The notes: a model not told the origin generated them from the sequence alone. DNA of 64,000 nucleotides from Polyangiales bacterium (GCA_049645265.1 JBARTN010000167.1:14538-78537), one strand, 5' to 3'; numbered from the stretch's first letter, positions 27,324-37,125 are shown. A program made the numbers and translations.

Positions 27324-29352
27324 GCTGAAGCCGGCACTGGATGCGACCGAGCTGCGCTTGCTCCCAGCGATCCAGCTCACTTTCAAGCCGCTGGCGCGCT
27401 TCCGGGTTGGCAGCTTGAAGGCCTGGGTCCTCGCCCGGATTGCTTTCGTGGTCGAAAAAGAATGCCGTGCCCGCGCCGCGATGACGAATGAGCCGATACC
27501 CCTCGAGGCTGATCGCGCCCTTGGGCTCGTATCCTTTGCTCGACACGCGAATGCTTCGGAGTCGCGCGCGAATCGTCGCATCGTCGAGCGCGGGAAGGCG
27601 AAAGCTATCGAAAAGCTCGTGGCCACGGACGGGGAAGGCCTCGGAAAAGGACGCACGGTTGGGCAGGTTTGGGTCCAAGGTGAAGAGGCTTTGCGCGGCG
27701 ATGTCCGAGGGCAGGGGCAGTCCCAGAAAATGCAGGACGCTCGGTGCGACGTCGGCGAGGCTGACACCGACGCGAGGCTCGGCGGGCGCGAAGGCCCGGT
27801 GCCAGAGGACCAGCGGGATCTCGACCATCCAGCCGTTCAAGTACACGTGATGTCCCCAGTAGGACTTCTCGCCCAGTGCCTCACCGTGATCCGAAAAGAA
27901 GATCACGAGGCTGTCATCGAGCCAGCCGTCCCTTTCCAAGTACTCCATCAACCGACCGAGCTCCCGATCGAAGTACGCGACCTCGCTGAGGTATGCGTTC
28001 TTCTTTCCGTTTCCGAATGGGAATGCGGCTTGGGGCTCGTAGGGGTCGTGAGGAGCGTAGTAGTGGACCCAAGCCATCACCGAAGCGTGGTCCTGGCGTG
28101 CTTGGCGGAGGCGAGCGACGAGCGTATCGGTTGCGTCCGCGTCGGTGGCCGCGTAGGCGGTTTCGACACCGGGCGCGAGAAACTGCTGCACGATCGGGAG
28201 ACGAAACCAAGTCACGTCCGGAAGGACCGCGAACTGCTGGTCGATGTGGGCGCGGGAGCGCGTGAAGATCGTCTCGGGCAGGGACGGGGAGAGGTAGAGC
28301 TCTGCCGGGCTCAGACCTGTAAACGCGCTGCCCACCGCAAAGAGGGTTGCTGGATACGTCGAGGTGGCGTTGACGAAAGATACCCCATTGGCAGCCAGTC
28401 GCGACAGCTGCGGAGTGACCGAGCGTCCATCCAGCTCCAAGCCCACGACGTCTTTTCGCAGGGCGTCGACGGTGATGAGAATCACGTTGCGCCGCCCCGC
28501 CGGCAGGATGCCAATTGGCGAGGTCTCGACGATGGGTTTCGGCTCCGGGCAACCGGCTCTGCCGCTCGAAAGGCTCGCGTCTCCGCTCACGTGAGGAAGC
28601 AAATACAGGGTCGCCAGAGCACCGGCCCGGCTCTGGGCGATCACTTCCCGCTGACCGGTCGCTACCAGCGCAGGTGCGAAGCGCGAGCCGACGCCAAACA
28701 GCAGGCAGGCCGCCGCCAAGCCAGCGGCAACGAGTCGCCGCGGCGAATTGCGAACGAGCAGGTACAGAATCGCGCTGCTGAGGAGCCCGGCCGGAAAGAC
28801 GAGTTGGGCCATCGAGTAGTCGTACGCCCGGTAGCGCACGATGGCGGCGGTGAGCAGGCCGACCGCGACGATGCTGAGGGCGATCCAAATCGCCTGCCAT
28901 GGACCGCTTCGAATACGGACCCCCAGAATCAGCCAGAGCCAGCCCGCTCCGGCGAGCAAGCCGAGCATGGACAGCATTGCAACTTCGAGGAGCAAGCGCC
29001 GAGGATGATCGAGCCACTGCGGTCCCGAGAGCAGAAAGTCGACGTGCTCCCAGCCGACAGCCATCGTCAGTGCGCCCAGCACCAGGGTCGACGCAACGAT
29101 TGCGGGTCGCGTCGCACCAGCCAACCGTGACGACGCGGCCAAGGCGAGGGTGGTCGGTATCGAGCCGACGAGCGCGAGCCAACAGAGTTGCGCGAGCAAG
29201 CCGATCGAAACGGTGCCCTGCGGGAGCAGACCCGCCATCAAGAAGAAGGCAGAGCCGAGATAGGCCGCAGACCAGAGCATGAGAATCGAGTCCGACGGCT
29301 TAGAGGGCATCGAGCTCCGCGACCTTTTTATCGAGGGATTGTTCGGCCCCAA
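27286..29352 (-). CDS. Membrane-anchored sulfatase-superfamily protein (no Cys/Ser-x-Pro-x-Arg formylglycine motif; probable phosphotransferase/hydrolase)
   Basis: 688-aa ORF with multiple N-terminal TM helices, then NVILITVDALRKDV, TPQLSRLAANGVSF, HYYAPHDPY and VIFFSDHGEALGE. Alternative starts at 29310 or 29280 would reduce or remove the overlap with the upstream gene. Confidence 0.65.
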   Translation of the reverse strand: MGPNNPSIKRSRSSMPSKPSDSILMLWSAAYLGSAFFLMAGLLPQGTVSIGLLAQLCWLALVGSIPTTLALAASSRLAGATRPAIVASTLVLGALTMAVGWEHVDFLLSGPQWLDHPRRLLLEVAMLSMLGLLAGAGWLWLILGVRIRSGPWQAIWIALSIVAVGLLTAAIVRYRAYDYSMAQLVFPAGLLSSAILYLLVRNSPRRLVAAGLAAACLLFGVGSRFAPALVATGQREVIAQSRAGALATLYLLPHVSGDASLSSGRAGCPEPKPIVETSPIGILPAGRRNVILITVDALRKDVVGLELDGRSVTPQLSRLAANGVSFVNATSTYPATLFAVGSAFTGLSPAELYLSPSLPETIFTRSRAHIDQQFAVLPDVTWFRLPIVQQFLAPGVETAYAATDADATDTLVARLRQARQDHASVMAWVHYYAPHDPYEPQAAFPFGNGKKNAYLSEVAYFDRELGRLMEYLERDGWLDDSLVIFFSDHGEALGEKSYWGHHVYLNGWMVEIPLVLWHRAFAPAEPRVGVSLADVAPSVLHFLGLPLPSDIAAQSLFTLDPNLPNRASFSEAFPVRGHELFDSFRLPALDDATIRARLRSIRVSSKGYEPKGAISLEGYRLIRHRGAGTAFFFDHESNPGEDPGLQAANPEARQRLESELDRWEQAQLGRIQCRLQLSGDRPETPRPE

Positions 29353-31006
29353 TGACCCGCGTTGCTCTAGTGGGCGGCTCGAACGCGCTGTGCAAGAGGC
29401 GCCATCGGGGACTGGAGGAAACCGGGGTCAGGCCCCAAACTTCGATGTCGCGAGCCTCGCGTCGCAGGTCCAACATGAAGTAGTCGCCGTACTGCCGATA
29501 TGGATGGCGCGAAGCGAACGCAGCCCGTTCCTCTTCAGAGAAGGCGTCGACCGCGGCGACGAAAACCCAGCCGTTCGCTCCCTGATCGTTGGGGATCTCG
29601 GGGCGCGGGTTTTGTGACCATCGGTGGGTGACGCGGTCGAGGGTGATGTCGAAACGAGGCTCGAGCCGAAACGGCTTGAGGCTCGTATGGAGTTGGACGC
29701 CGGTGCTCCGATCGGTCCAGGCTTTGACACGCCTCGCGAAGCGGAGCTCGGGCCGGCCCGAGTCGTAGTGATCGATCGTGCCTCGCACCGAAGTGAAGAA
29801 CCACATCGAGCCGCCGACGTAGCGGCCCGTAGGAACGATTTCGACGACGCGGATCGCCAGGGGCACCAGCAAGAGCAGGACACTGAAGCTTGCCAGGAGC
29901 CCCGCGCGCCCGCGAATCCAGCGTGCCGTTTCGAAGAGCGAGGTCGTGACGGCGATGGCGACGGCCGGAAGCATCGGCCAGGCCCAGTAGGAATGAACGA
30001 TCGCGCTCCAGCGAAAGGTCCAATAGTGAATCGCGCCGGCCACTAGAAACGCGACGGGGACCAAGTCCCGTGCCTCAGCGGTTCCGCGTGCCACGCGGAT
30101 GGCCCAGGCCCCGAGCCAAGCCGCGCAAAGCCCTAGAATCGGTACCGTAAACATCAGCTCGGGAACCACCAAAAGGTGCGTGCGGAACCGGCTCCAAGAC
30201 AGGGCCCGCCGAGCGTTGAACGTCCCCCTCAGCTCATCGAGATTGCCAGTTAGCACCTCGACCAACACGAAGTGCCCCGCGAACAACGCCAACACCCAAA
30301 GGCAGAACATCACAAGCTGCGTCGTCGACCGACGCGCGGGCTCGGAGCTACGCTGCCGATACACCGTCCATGCCCAGTGGAGGGCTATGCAGAAGGCAAT
30401 GTAGTAGGCCGGCCAGTCCCAGGTGGCGGCGACGCCGAAGGAAGCGAGGAATGTGCTGAAGGCGGGCCATGACCAAGGTGGTGCGCGGCTGGCTCGGATG
30501 TAGAGATAGAGCGTCAGCAGGATCCAAAAAATGAAGCCGACTGAGTTATTGGCCATATTGGTATAGATTGCGTTGATCGGGAGTGCGACGTAGATCGCCG
30601 ACGCAGCGATGGCCTGGGCGTCGTCCCAGAGGCGTCTCACCACGGCGAAGAGCATGCAGAGGATCGCCACGCTCCAGAAGCCCGCCACCAGGCGGATCGA
30701 CAGCTCGCGGTCCCCGAACAGCTTCACACTGACGACGTTGTGTAGGTGGAGCGCGAGCGGATGGTGGGTGTAGAGTTGGTCCTTGGTCGGCGGCACGTTG
30801 GCTGTGTCGTACTGAAGCGGGAACAACACGTTCCAGCGCAAGGTGTTCCGTGCGGCGTTGTGGTACGCGGCTCCGTTCCAGCCGTTGTGGCCCCGGGTCC
30901 ATTGATCGGCGACGCCCCACACGGCCAAAAAGACCTGCACGGCGAGCACCATGGCAAAGGCGATGCGCACCAGCCTCCGCCCCTCGCCGACGCGATCAGG
31001 CCTCAT
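29300..31006 (-). CDS. ArnT/PMT-like (GT-C fold) membrane glycosyltransferase
   Basis: 568-aa ORF. The N-terminal two thirds are polytopic with a pattern resembling GT39/GT83 enzymes (YTHHPLALHL...FGDRELSIRLVAGFWSVAILCMLFAVVRRLW...AIYVALPINAIY). The C-terminal ~170 aa are soluble. The family call is by resemblance only. Confidence 0.5.
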   Translation of the reverse strand: MRPDRVGEGRRLVRIAFAMVLAVQVFLAVWGVADQWTRGHNGWNGAAYHNAARNTLRWNVLFPLQYDTANVPPTKDQLYTHHPLALHLHNVVSVKLFGDRELSIRLVAGFWSVAILCMLFAVVRRLWDDAQAIAASAIYVALPINAIYTNMANNSVGFIFWILLTLYLYIRASRAPPWSWPAFSTFLASFGVAATWDWPAYYIAFCIALHWAWTVYRQRSSEPARRSTTQLVMFCLWVLALFAGHFVLVEVLTGNLDELRGTFNARRALSWSRFRTHLLVVPELMFTVPILGLCAAWLGAWAIRVARGTAEARDLVPVAFLVAGAIHYWTFRWSAIVHSYWAWPMLPAVAIAVTTSLFETARWIRGRAGLLASFSVLLLLVPLAIRVVEIVPTGRYVGGSMWFFTSVRGTIDHYDSGRPELRFARRVKAWTDRSTGVQLHTSLKPFRLEPRFDITLDRVTHRWSQNPRPEIPNDQGANGWVFVAAVDAFSEEERAAFASRHPYRQYGDYFMLDLRREARDIEVWGLTPVSSSPRWRLLHSAFEPPTRATRVIGAEQSLDKKVAELDAL

Positions 31007-31039
31007 GTCGGGCCAGTATGGCCGCTCGGGCGGCGCGCG

Positions 31040-32653
31040 TCAGCTTTCGAGAAGCCGCCGCGCCACGACGTGCGCCTGAATCTCGTTGGCGCCCTCGAAG
31101 ATGCTGAGGACTCTGGAATCGACCAGTAGCCGGGAAGCCGTGTACTCCTCTGCGTAGCCGTTTCCGCCGTGAATTTGCACGTTGGCGTCGGCAGACTCCC
31201 ATGCAGAGCGGGTCGCCAAGAGCTTGGCCATGCCCGCTTCGAGGTCGCAGCGCTTCTCTTGGTCCTTCTCGCGGGCACTGAAGTACGTGAGCTGGCGGCC
31301 GGCTTCGACGCGACAGATCATCCGGCCGATTTTGCGAGCGACGCGCGGGAACTGGAAGATGGGCCCGCCGAACTGCTCGCGCTCGGTGGCGTACAGGATG
31401 GCGTCTTCGAGCGCCGCTTGGGCGAGCCCTACGCCGCGCGCAGCCGTTTGAATACGCGCGCTTTCGAAGGTCCGCATGAGCTGCTTGAAGCCCGCGCCTT
31501 CCTCGCCGCCGAGCAATGAGTCAGCAGGGAGCTCGAAGCCTTCGAAGCTCAGCTCGTATTCCTTCATGCCGCGGTAACCGAGCACTTTAATTTCAGTGCC
31601 GGTGAGTCCCTCGTCGACGAACTCGGGCTCGCCATCCTCGCCCGTCAAGCGTGTCTTCTCCGCGAGGAACATCGAGAGACCCTTGTATCCGGGTTCGCCC
31701 GGGTTCGTTCGCGCGAGCAGGGTCATGAGGTCGGCACGCACGGCGTGCGTGATCCAGGTTTTCGCACCGTTGACGACGTAACTTCCGTCTGCCTGCTTGG
31801 TCGCGCGTGTTCCGAGGTGCGCTAGGTCCGAGCCGATATTCGGCTCAGTGAACACCGCGGTGGACAGCACCTCGCCAGCGGAGATCTTCGGAAGCCACTT
31901 CTGTTTTTGCTCTTCGGTTCCACCGCCGAGGATCAGCTCGGCGGCGATTTCGGCACGTGTCCCGAGGGAGCCTACGCCGATGTAGCCACGCGAGAGCTCT
32001 TCGGTGACCACGCACATGGCGACTTTGGTCATCCCGAGGCCGCCGTACTCCTCGGGGATCGTCAGCCCGAAAACGCCGAGCTCGCTCATCTGATCGAGGA
32101 TGTCCATCGGGATCAAGACATCGTTTCGGTGAATGTCTTGTGCCTTCGGAATGACTTCGGCGTCCGTGAACTTCGAGAACTGCGAGCGGACCTCGTCGAG
32201 CATCTCGTCGCCAAAGCCACGATTCGGGAAGCCGTGGTCCCGGGCGTGCGCAGCGAGCTCGAGGTAGACCTGGCCGCTCGCGTGCTCCCGGGAAAATGCG
32301 GTGACTTCTGGCTGAAGTAGGGTTTCGCGCAGGTCGCCCTCGCGGATGCCCACCTCACTGAGGCTGATGTTTTCGCAGGCCCCGAGATCGACACCGCCCA
32401 CGATCGTGCGTGCCACCTCGCCGATGTAAGCGCGCGCAACCTTGCCCTCGTATTCGCCGCCAACGCGCTCGGCCCAGGCCGCCAACTGACGGCAGGCTTC
32501 GAGCTCCGTGGCCAGGTACGCGACCGCGTGTGCGGCGAGTTGATTCGCGTTCAGCTTCTTGGCGCTGATTCGATCGCCTTCGGAGACGAGCGCTTTGACG
32601 TTGTCGTGCGCGCGCTGGTAGACGCCCTCGATCGCTTCGATGACTTTCTGCAT
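31040..32653 (-). CDS. mcd: Acyl-CoA dehydrogenase with long N-terminal extension; probable (2S)-methylsuccinyl-CoA dehydrogenase
   Basis: 537 aa, versus about 380 aa for ordinary ACADs. ACAD core with C-terminal IFEGANEIQ (catalytic Glu block). Lies directly downstream of ccr/ecm in one operon. Confidence 0.65.
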   Translation of the reverse strand: MQKVIEAIEGVYQRAHDNVKALVSEGDRISAKKLNANQLAAHAVAYLATELEACRQLAAWAERVGGEYEGKVARAYIGEVARTIVGGVDLGACENISLSEVGIREGDLRETLLQPEVTAFSREHASGQVYLELAAHARDHGFPNRGFGDEMLDEVRSQFSKFTDAEVIPKAQDIHRNDVLIPMDILDQMSELGVFGLTIPEEYGGLGMTKVAMCVVTEELSRGYIGVGSLGTRAEIAAELILGGGTEEQKQKWLPKISAGEVLSTAVFTEPNIGSDLAHLGTRATKQADGSYVVNGAKTWITHAVRADLMTLLARTNPGEPGYKGLSMFLAEKTRLTGEDGEPEFVDEGLTGTEIKVLGYRGMKEYELSFEGFELPADSLLGGEEGAGFKQLMRTFESARIQTAARGVGLAQAALEDAILYATEREQFGGPIFQFPRVARKIGRMICRVEAGRQLTYFSAREKDQEKRCDLEAGMAKLLATRSAWESADANVQIHGGNGYAEEYTASRLLVDSRVLSIFEGANEIQAHVVARRLLES

Positions 32654-32662
32654 GACCTTCTC

Positions 32663-33883
32663 CTAATCGTTCGCGATTGCGGCGAGGGTTTCTTCGAGGT
32701 TCTTGAGCCCGGGCCCGGGCGCGCCGACCAGGCACGAAACGGTGCCGTGCAGCTTGTTCTCGTACATGAGCTGGTGCGCCTCGGGAATCTCGTCCCAGGT
32801 GAACAGGCGCGTCATGACCGGTTTGATCTTGCCCTGAATCATGAGTCGATTGGCTCGGCCCGCGGAGTCGGCGTCCGCGAAATGCGAGCCGATGATTCGC
32901 TTCTGGCGCATCCAGAGGTGACGCACGTCGAAGTTGAGGTTGTAGCCGGTGGTTGCGCCACAGATGACGATGCGGCCGAACTTCGCTGCGAGAAACACGC
33001 TTGCGGGAAAGGTGGCCTTGCCGACATGCTCGAAGACCACGTCGGGACCCTTGCGCTCGCCGAGAATCTCCCAGATGCGCTTGCCGAAGCCCTTGAGGTC
33101 GGCGCTATGCGCTTTTTGTTCCTCGGGCGTCATGTCGTCCTTGTACTGAACGCCGGGGAACTCCTTGCGGTTGATGACCCCGTGTGCACCGAGCTGCATG
33201 CAGAGCTCTGCCTTGTCGTCGCTCGACACGACTGCAATGGCGCGTGCACCCGCCACCGCACAGAGCTGCACGGCAAAGACGCCGAGGCCACCACCGGCAC
33301 CCCAGATCAGCACGTCCTCGCCAGGCTGGATCTTGGCGCGGTCGATCAGCATCCGGTGTGCCGTGTAATAGGTGAGGCCGTAACTCGCGGCCTCTTCCCA
33401 GGTGAGCTGTGGCGGCTTCGGAAGCACTTGCTGCCCCTGCACCTTGGTGAACTGTGCGAACGAGCCGTCGGGCGTCTCATAGCCCCAAATCGTCTGAAGG
33501 TCGTTGGTGCCAGGATAGAGGAGATGGTTGCAATGGAGCACCACCTCGTCGCCGACCTTGTGGTCGTCCACACCCGGGCCGACCGCCCAAACGATGCCGG
33601 ACGCATCGGAGCCGGCGATGTGGAAGTCGAGGCCGTGGCCCTTGAGCACGTTGACCGGCTGGCCGAGCCCCGCCCAGATGCCGTTGAAGTTCACGCCGGC
33701 GGCCATGACCTGGACCAAAACCTCACCGGGACCGAGCTCCCATACAGGCAGCGCTTCGGCCTGGAACGATTGCTTGGGCTCGCCGAAACGTTCGGGGCGA
33801 ATCGCGTACGCGTGCATCTTTTCCGGGATGACGCCTAGCTCTGGGATGTGACCAACGGGTACGATATCAGGACGTTCGCTCAT
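32663..33883 (-). CDS. ccr: Crotonyl-CoA carboxylase/reductase
   Basis: 406-aa MDR-family ORF with Ccr-specific blocks: AAGVNFNGIW, FHIAGSDASGIVWAVGPGV, IWGYETPDGSFAQF, FGKRIWEI, VVFEHVGKATFPASVF, RHLWMRQKRIIGSHFA and ANRLMIQGKIKP. Confidence 0.85.
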   Translation of the reverse strand: MSERPDIVPVGHIPELGVIPEKMHAYAIRPERFGEPKQSFQAEALPVWELGPGEVLVQVMAAGVNFNGIWAGLGQPVNVLKGHGLDFHIAGSDASGIVWAVGPGVDDHKVGDEVVLHCNHLLYPGTNDLQTIWGYETPDGSFAQFTKVQGQQVLPKPPQLTWEEAASYGLTYYTAHRMLIDRAKIQPGEDVLIWGAGGGLGVFAVQLCAVAGARAIAVVSSDDKAELCMQLGAHGVINRKEFPGVQYKDDMTPEEQKAHSADLKGFGKRIWEILGERKGPDVVFEHVGKATFPASVFLAAKFGRIVICGATTGYNLNFDVRHLWMRQKRIIGSHFADADSAGRANRLMIQGKIKPVMTRLFTWDEIPEAHQLMYENKLHGTVSCLVGAPGPGLKNLEETLAAIAND

Positions 33884-33890
33884 CTCTTCC

Positions 33891-34898
33891 TCATGGAGTC
33901 TTGCCGAGTGCTGCTACATAGCCCCGGCTCAAGTGTTCGCAAAGCGCCAAGGGCGTTTCACCGCCATCGAGCTCTCGTTCGGCGAGGGCTTCCAACTGCT
34001 CTGTACCACCTAGGGTCGAAACCCCGTGCTCGCCATGTTTACGGCTGAAAAGGTCGAGGACCCAACGTACCTCGCCCTGCCGACGCCGCGCCGCGAGCGT
34101 CGTTTGGATGTGCTTCCGATGCTGTTCGAGCGCGGTGATTAGCGCGTCGATCCCCGTGCCCTGGGTCGCGCTGGTCGCGATGATGGGGGTCTGCCAATCC
34201 GCGTCCTGTCCGCCGCCGGCCCCGACAGCCTGGGCGGTTTGGATCGCGCCCTGCAGATCGGCTACCGCGCGCCGTGCGAGCTCTTCCTGATCCGCCTTGT
34301 TGACGACCAGTATGTCGGGGATTTCCATGATTCCGGCCTTCAAGAACTGAAGGACGTCGCCGCTTCCGGGCTGAATCACGAGCACGACCGTATCCGCCAC
34401 GTCGACGACGTCGATCTCGGACTGGCCAACGCCGGTGGTTTCGACGACGACCATGTCATACGCTGCGGCGAGGACACGCACCGCCGAGTTCGCCGCGTAG
34501 GCAAGGCCGCCCACTTCGCCTGCGGTCGCGAGCGAACGCACGAAGAGACCGGCATCCTTCGGGTCGAAGCTCATGCGGGCGCGGTCGCCGAGCAGCGAAC
34601 CGCCCGACCGTATGCTCGAAGGGTCGACGGCCACGACTCCGACGGTGCGACCGCGCCGCCGCACCGAGCGAGCGAGTGCCGAGGTCAGCGTGCTCTTGCC
34701 GACACCGGGTGGACCCGTGAGCCCGACTCGATGCCCCCTAGCTGCCTTGGGCGAGTCCTTGAGCGCTGCCAAGAGCGCCGCTACGAGCGCCTGCGACCCA
34801 GGCCTCCGATCTTCGACCAGGTTCAAGGCGCGGGACACCGCCGCCTTGTCAGAGGACATCACATGCTGCGCGTCATCGCTTGGGTCACTCGGCGGCAT
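33891..34898 (-). CDS. meaB: Methylmalonyl/ethylmalonyl-CoA mutase-associated G-protein chaperone MeaB/ArgK
   Basis: 335-aa ORF with P-loop GLTGPPGVGKSTL, VETTGVGQSE and NKAD. Alternative start at Met14 (34859). Confidence 0.85.
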   Translation of the reverse strand: MPPSDPSDDAQHVMSSDKAAVSRALNLVEDRRPGSQALVAALLAALKDSPKAARGHRVGLTGPPGVGKSTLTSALARSVRRRGRTVGVVAVDPSSIRSGGSLLGDRARMSFDPKDAGLFVRSLATAGEVGGLAYAANSAVRVLAAAYDMVVVETTGVGQSEIDVVDVADTVVLVIQPGSGDVLQFLKAGIMEIPDILVVNKADQEELARRAVADLQGAIQTAQAVGAGGGQDADWQTPIIATSATQGTGIDALITALEQHRKHIQTTLAARRRQGEVRWVLDLFSRKHGEHGVSTLGGTEQLEALAERELDGGETPLALCEHLSRGYVAALGKTP

Positions 34899-36891
34899 GC
34901 TGGCGATCCACCAGGTCGATCAAGTCGCTCATGATGTTGTCGAGCTCAAAATCCTTTGGAGTATAGACGGCCGCAACCCCTTGGGCGCGGAGCCGCTCGG
35001 CGTCAGCCTCTGGAATGATGCCGCCAGCGACCACCGGAATGTCGCCGAGGCCTGCGTCGCGAAGCCGCTGCACGACCTCGGGAACCAGTGCGAGATGGGA
35101 GCCGCTCAGGATGCTCAGACCAATCAGATGCACGCCTTCCTCGAGCGCCGATGCCACGATTTGTTCAGGAGAGACGCGAATACCCTCGTAGACCACGTCG
35201 AAGCCGACGTCGCGGGCCTTGATGGCGATTTGTTCGGCGCCGTTCGAATGCCCATCGAGGCCCGGCTTGCCGACCAGGAGCTTGGCGCGCCGCCCCATTC
35301 GCTCCTCGAGTGCGTCGAGTCGTTTTCGGAGACGGCCGATCGTTTCCGCGGCGGCTCCCGATCGGGAGGTCTTGACCGTGGCGCCGGCGACGCCCGTTGG
35401 GGCGCGGTACTCTCCCCAGACCTGGCGAAGCGTGTTGGCCCATTCGCCGGTCGTTACGCCCGCATGGGCAGCGGCGATCGACGCTGCCATCATGTTCTCG
35501 TCGGTCCTCGCGACACGCTCGATCTCTGCGAGTGCCGCGGCGACGGCAGCGCTGTCCCGCGTTTCCTTCCAGCGGGCGAGCGCAACGCGTTGGCTGGCAT
35601 CGACCTCGGGGTCGACGGTGAGGATCGCGTCATCGAGATTCTCCGTGAGCGGAGAGGCTGCGCCTTCGATGTACTTGTTGACACCGACGACGATCTGCTC
35701 ACCGGCCTCGATCGCGCGAAGGCGCGCCGCATTGGACTCGACGAGCTTTTGCTTGATGTAACCCGTCTCGACCGCTTCGACGGCTCCGCCCCGCTTCAAC
35801 ACCTCCTGCACCTCGGCCCAGGCCGAGTCGACGAGCTGCTGCGTCTTCGCCTGGACCACCGGGCTGCCCTCGAAGAGGTCGTCGTACTCGAGAAGATCGG
35901 TTTCATAGGCGAGAATTTGCTGTGCGCGAAGGGACCACTGCTGATCCCAGGGCCGTGGAAGACCAAGCGCCTCGTTCCAGGCAGGCAACTGAATCGCGCG
36001 AGCCCGGGCGTCCTTGCTCATGGTGACCGCCAGCATTTCGAGGACGATACGGATGACGTTGTTCTCGGGTTGCTGCTCGGTCAGACCCAGGGAGTTCACC
36101 TGAACCCCATAGCGAAACCGCCGCTGCTTTGCATCGGTGACGCCGTAGCGCTCCCGCGTGACCCGGTCCCAGAGCTCGACGAACGCGCGCATTTTACAGA
36201 GCTCTTCGACGAAGCGAATGCCCGCATTGACGAAGAAGCTCATGCGCCCGACGACCTTGCCGAACTCACGCTCGGGCACCCGGCCCGTGGCTTTCACCGC
36301 ATCGAGCACGCCAATCGCGGTGACCAACGCATAAGCGAGCTCCTGCGTTGGCGTCGCTCCGGCTTCCTGCAAGTGGTAGCTGCAGATGTTGATCGGGTTC
36401 CACTTGGGAACCTCGTCGACGGTGTAGGTGACCAGGTCGGTGGTCAAGCGCATCGAAGCGGCGGGGGGAAAGATGTGCGTGCCGCGCGATAGGTACTCTT
36501 TGATGATGTCGTTTTGGGTGGTTCCGCGAAGGACGTGGTGATCGACGCCTTGGTCCTCGGCGGTCGCGATGTAGAGCGATAGCAACCAGACGGCGGTCGC
36601 GTTGATCGTCATCGACGTGTTCATCTGGTCGAGAGGCAGCCCGTCGAAAAGGGCACCCATGTCGCCGATGTGCGACACCGGCACGCCGACCTTGCCGACC
36701 TCGCCGCGGGCGAGCGGATCGTCCGCGTCATAGCCAGTCTGGGTGGGCAAATCGAACGCCACGCTGAGCCCGGTTTGGCCTTTCGCGAGGTTGGTTCGAT
36801 AGAGCTCGTTCGACGCGGTGGCGGTGCTGTGGCCCGAGTAGGTCCGCATGATCCACGGTTTGTCGCGCTCTCGCTTGCCGTACTCCGCCAT
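34885..36891 (-). CDS. ecm: Fused B12-dependent acyl-CoA mutase, probable ethylmalonyl-CoA mutase
   Basis: 668-aa single polypeptide. The N-terminus reads DKPWIMRTYSGHSTATASNELYRTNLAKGQTGLSVAFDLPTQTGYD. The C-terminal cobalamin domain carries GLDGHSNG (DxHxxG). The substrate call rests on linkage to ccr and mcd. Confidence 0.7.
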   Translation of the reverse strand: MAEYGKRERDKPWIMRTYSGHSTATASNELYRTNLAKGQTGLSVAFDLPTQTGYDADDPLARGEVGKVGVPVSHIGDMGALFDGLPLDQMNTSMTINATAVWLLSLYIATAEDQGVDHHVLRGTTQNDIIKEYLSRGTHIFPPAASMRLTTDLVTYTVDEVPKWNPINICSYHLQEAGATPTQELAYALVTAIGVLDAVKATGRVPEREFGKVVGRMSFFVNAGIRFVEELCKMRAFVELWDRVTRERYGVTDAKQRRFRYGVQVNSLGLTEQQPENNVIRIVLEMLAVTMSKDARARAIQLPAWNEALGLPRPWDQQWSLRAQQILAYETDLLEYDDLFEGSPVVQAKTQQLVDSAWAEVQEVLKRGGAVEAVETGYIKQKLVESNAARLRAIEAGEQIVVGVNKYIEGAASPLTENLDDAILTVDPEVDASQRVALARWKETRDSAAVAAALAEIERVARTDENMMAASIAAAHAGVTTGEWANTLRQVWGEYRAPTGVAGATVKTSRSGAAAETIGRLRKRLDALEERMGRRAKLLVGKPGLDGHSNGAEQIAIKARDVGFDVVYEGIRVSPEQIVASALEEGVHLIGLSILSGSHLALVPEVVQRLRDAGLGDIPVVAGGIIPEADAERLRAQGVAAVYTPKDFELDNIMSDLIDLVDRQHAAE

Positions 36892-37125
36892 TGGCCGGTC
36901 CTTTCCTCTGCGATTCGCACGAGGGGGCCGAAGCCTACCTCGTTTTGACTTTGCTTGCGTTCGAAGCCCTTGCGACCGTTGCGGTGCTCTTTACAGCTTC
37001 ACACGGTCAAGCCTGAACTCTCTTCCACTATCATACGCCCGTGAGGGGTCAAGCGCCCTGGCAGCGCAGCTTTGGTGCGTTTCTTGGCTCTGGCAGATCT
37101 TGTAAATTTGCGGTAAACGACTCGA
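36892..37125. promoter_or_regulatory. Divergent control region between ecm and the ScfR-type regulator
   Basis: 234-bp non-coding gap, visibly less GC-rich than its flanks. It contains TTTGC-core motifs at 36947-36959 (gactttgcttgcg) and 37104-37117 (aaatttgcggtaaa). Confidence 0.4.

Noticed and set aside
34573-36492. 639-aa plus-strand ORF antisense to ecm and meaB. Similar cases: 32528-33838 versus ccr, 5745-6959 versus the RND gene, 27274-29130 and 27914-29182 versus the sulfatase-like gene, 38047-39120 versus scfR/yajQ, and 60258-61526 versus alr/mlaE.
   Set aside because: All are Arg/Asp/Gly-rich shadow frames opposite genes with strong family signatures. None shows a motif of its own.
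36945-36975. tRNA-like T-loop sequence (gcgttcgaagccc) in the ecm/scfR intergenic region
   Set aside because: The flanking bases do not form a T-stem. No acceptor or anticodon arms can be drawn.
37088-37112. Sigma-54-like promoter (tggctctggcagatcttgtaaatttgc) upstream of the ScfR-type regulator
   Set aside because: The GG-to-GC spacing does not fit TGGCAC-N5-TTGC (TTGT is offset by 2 nt, and TTGC is too far). No enhancer-binding protein gene is nearby.
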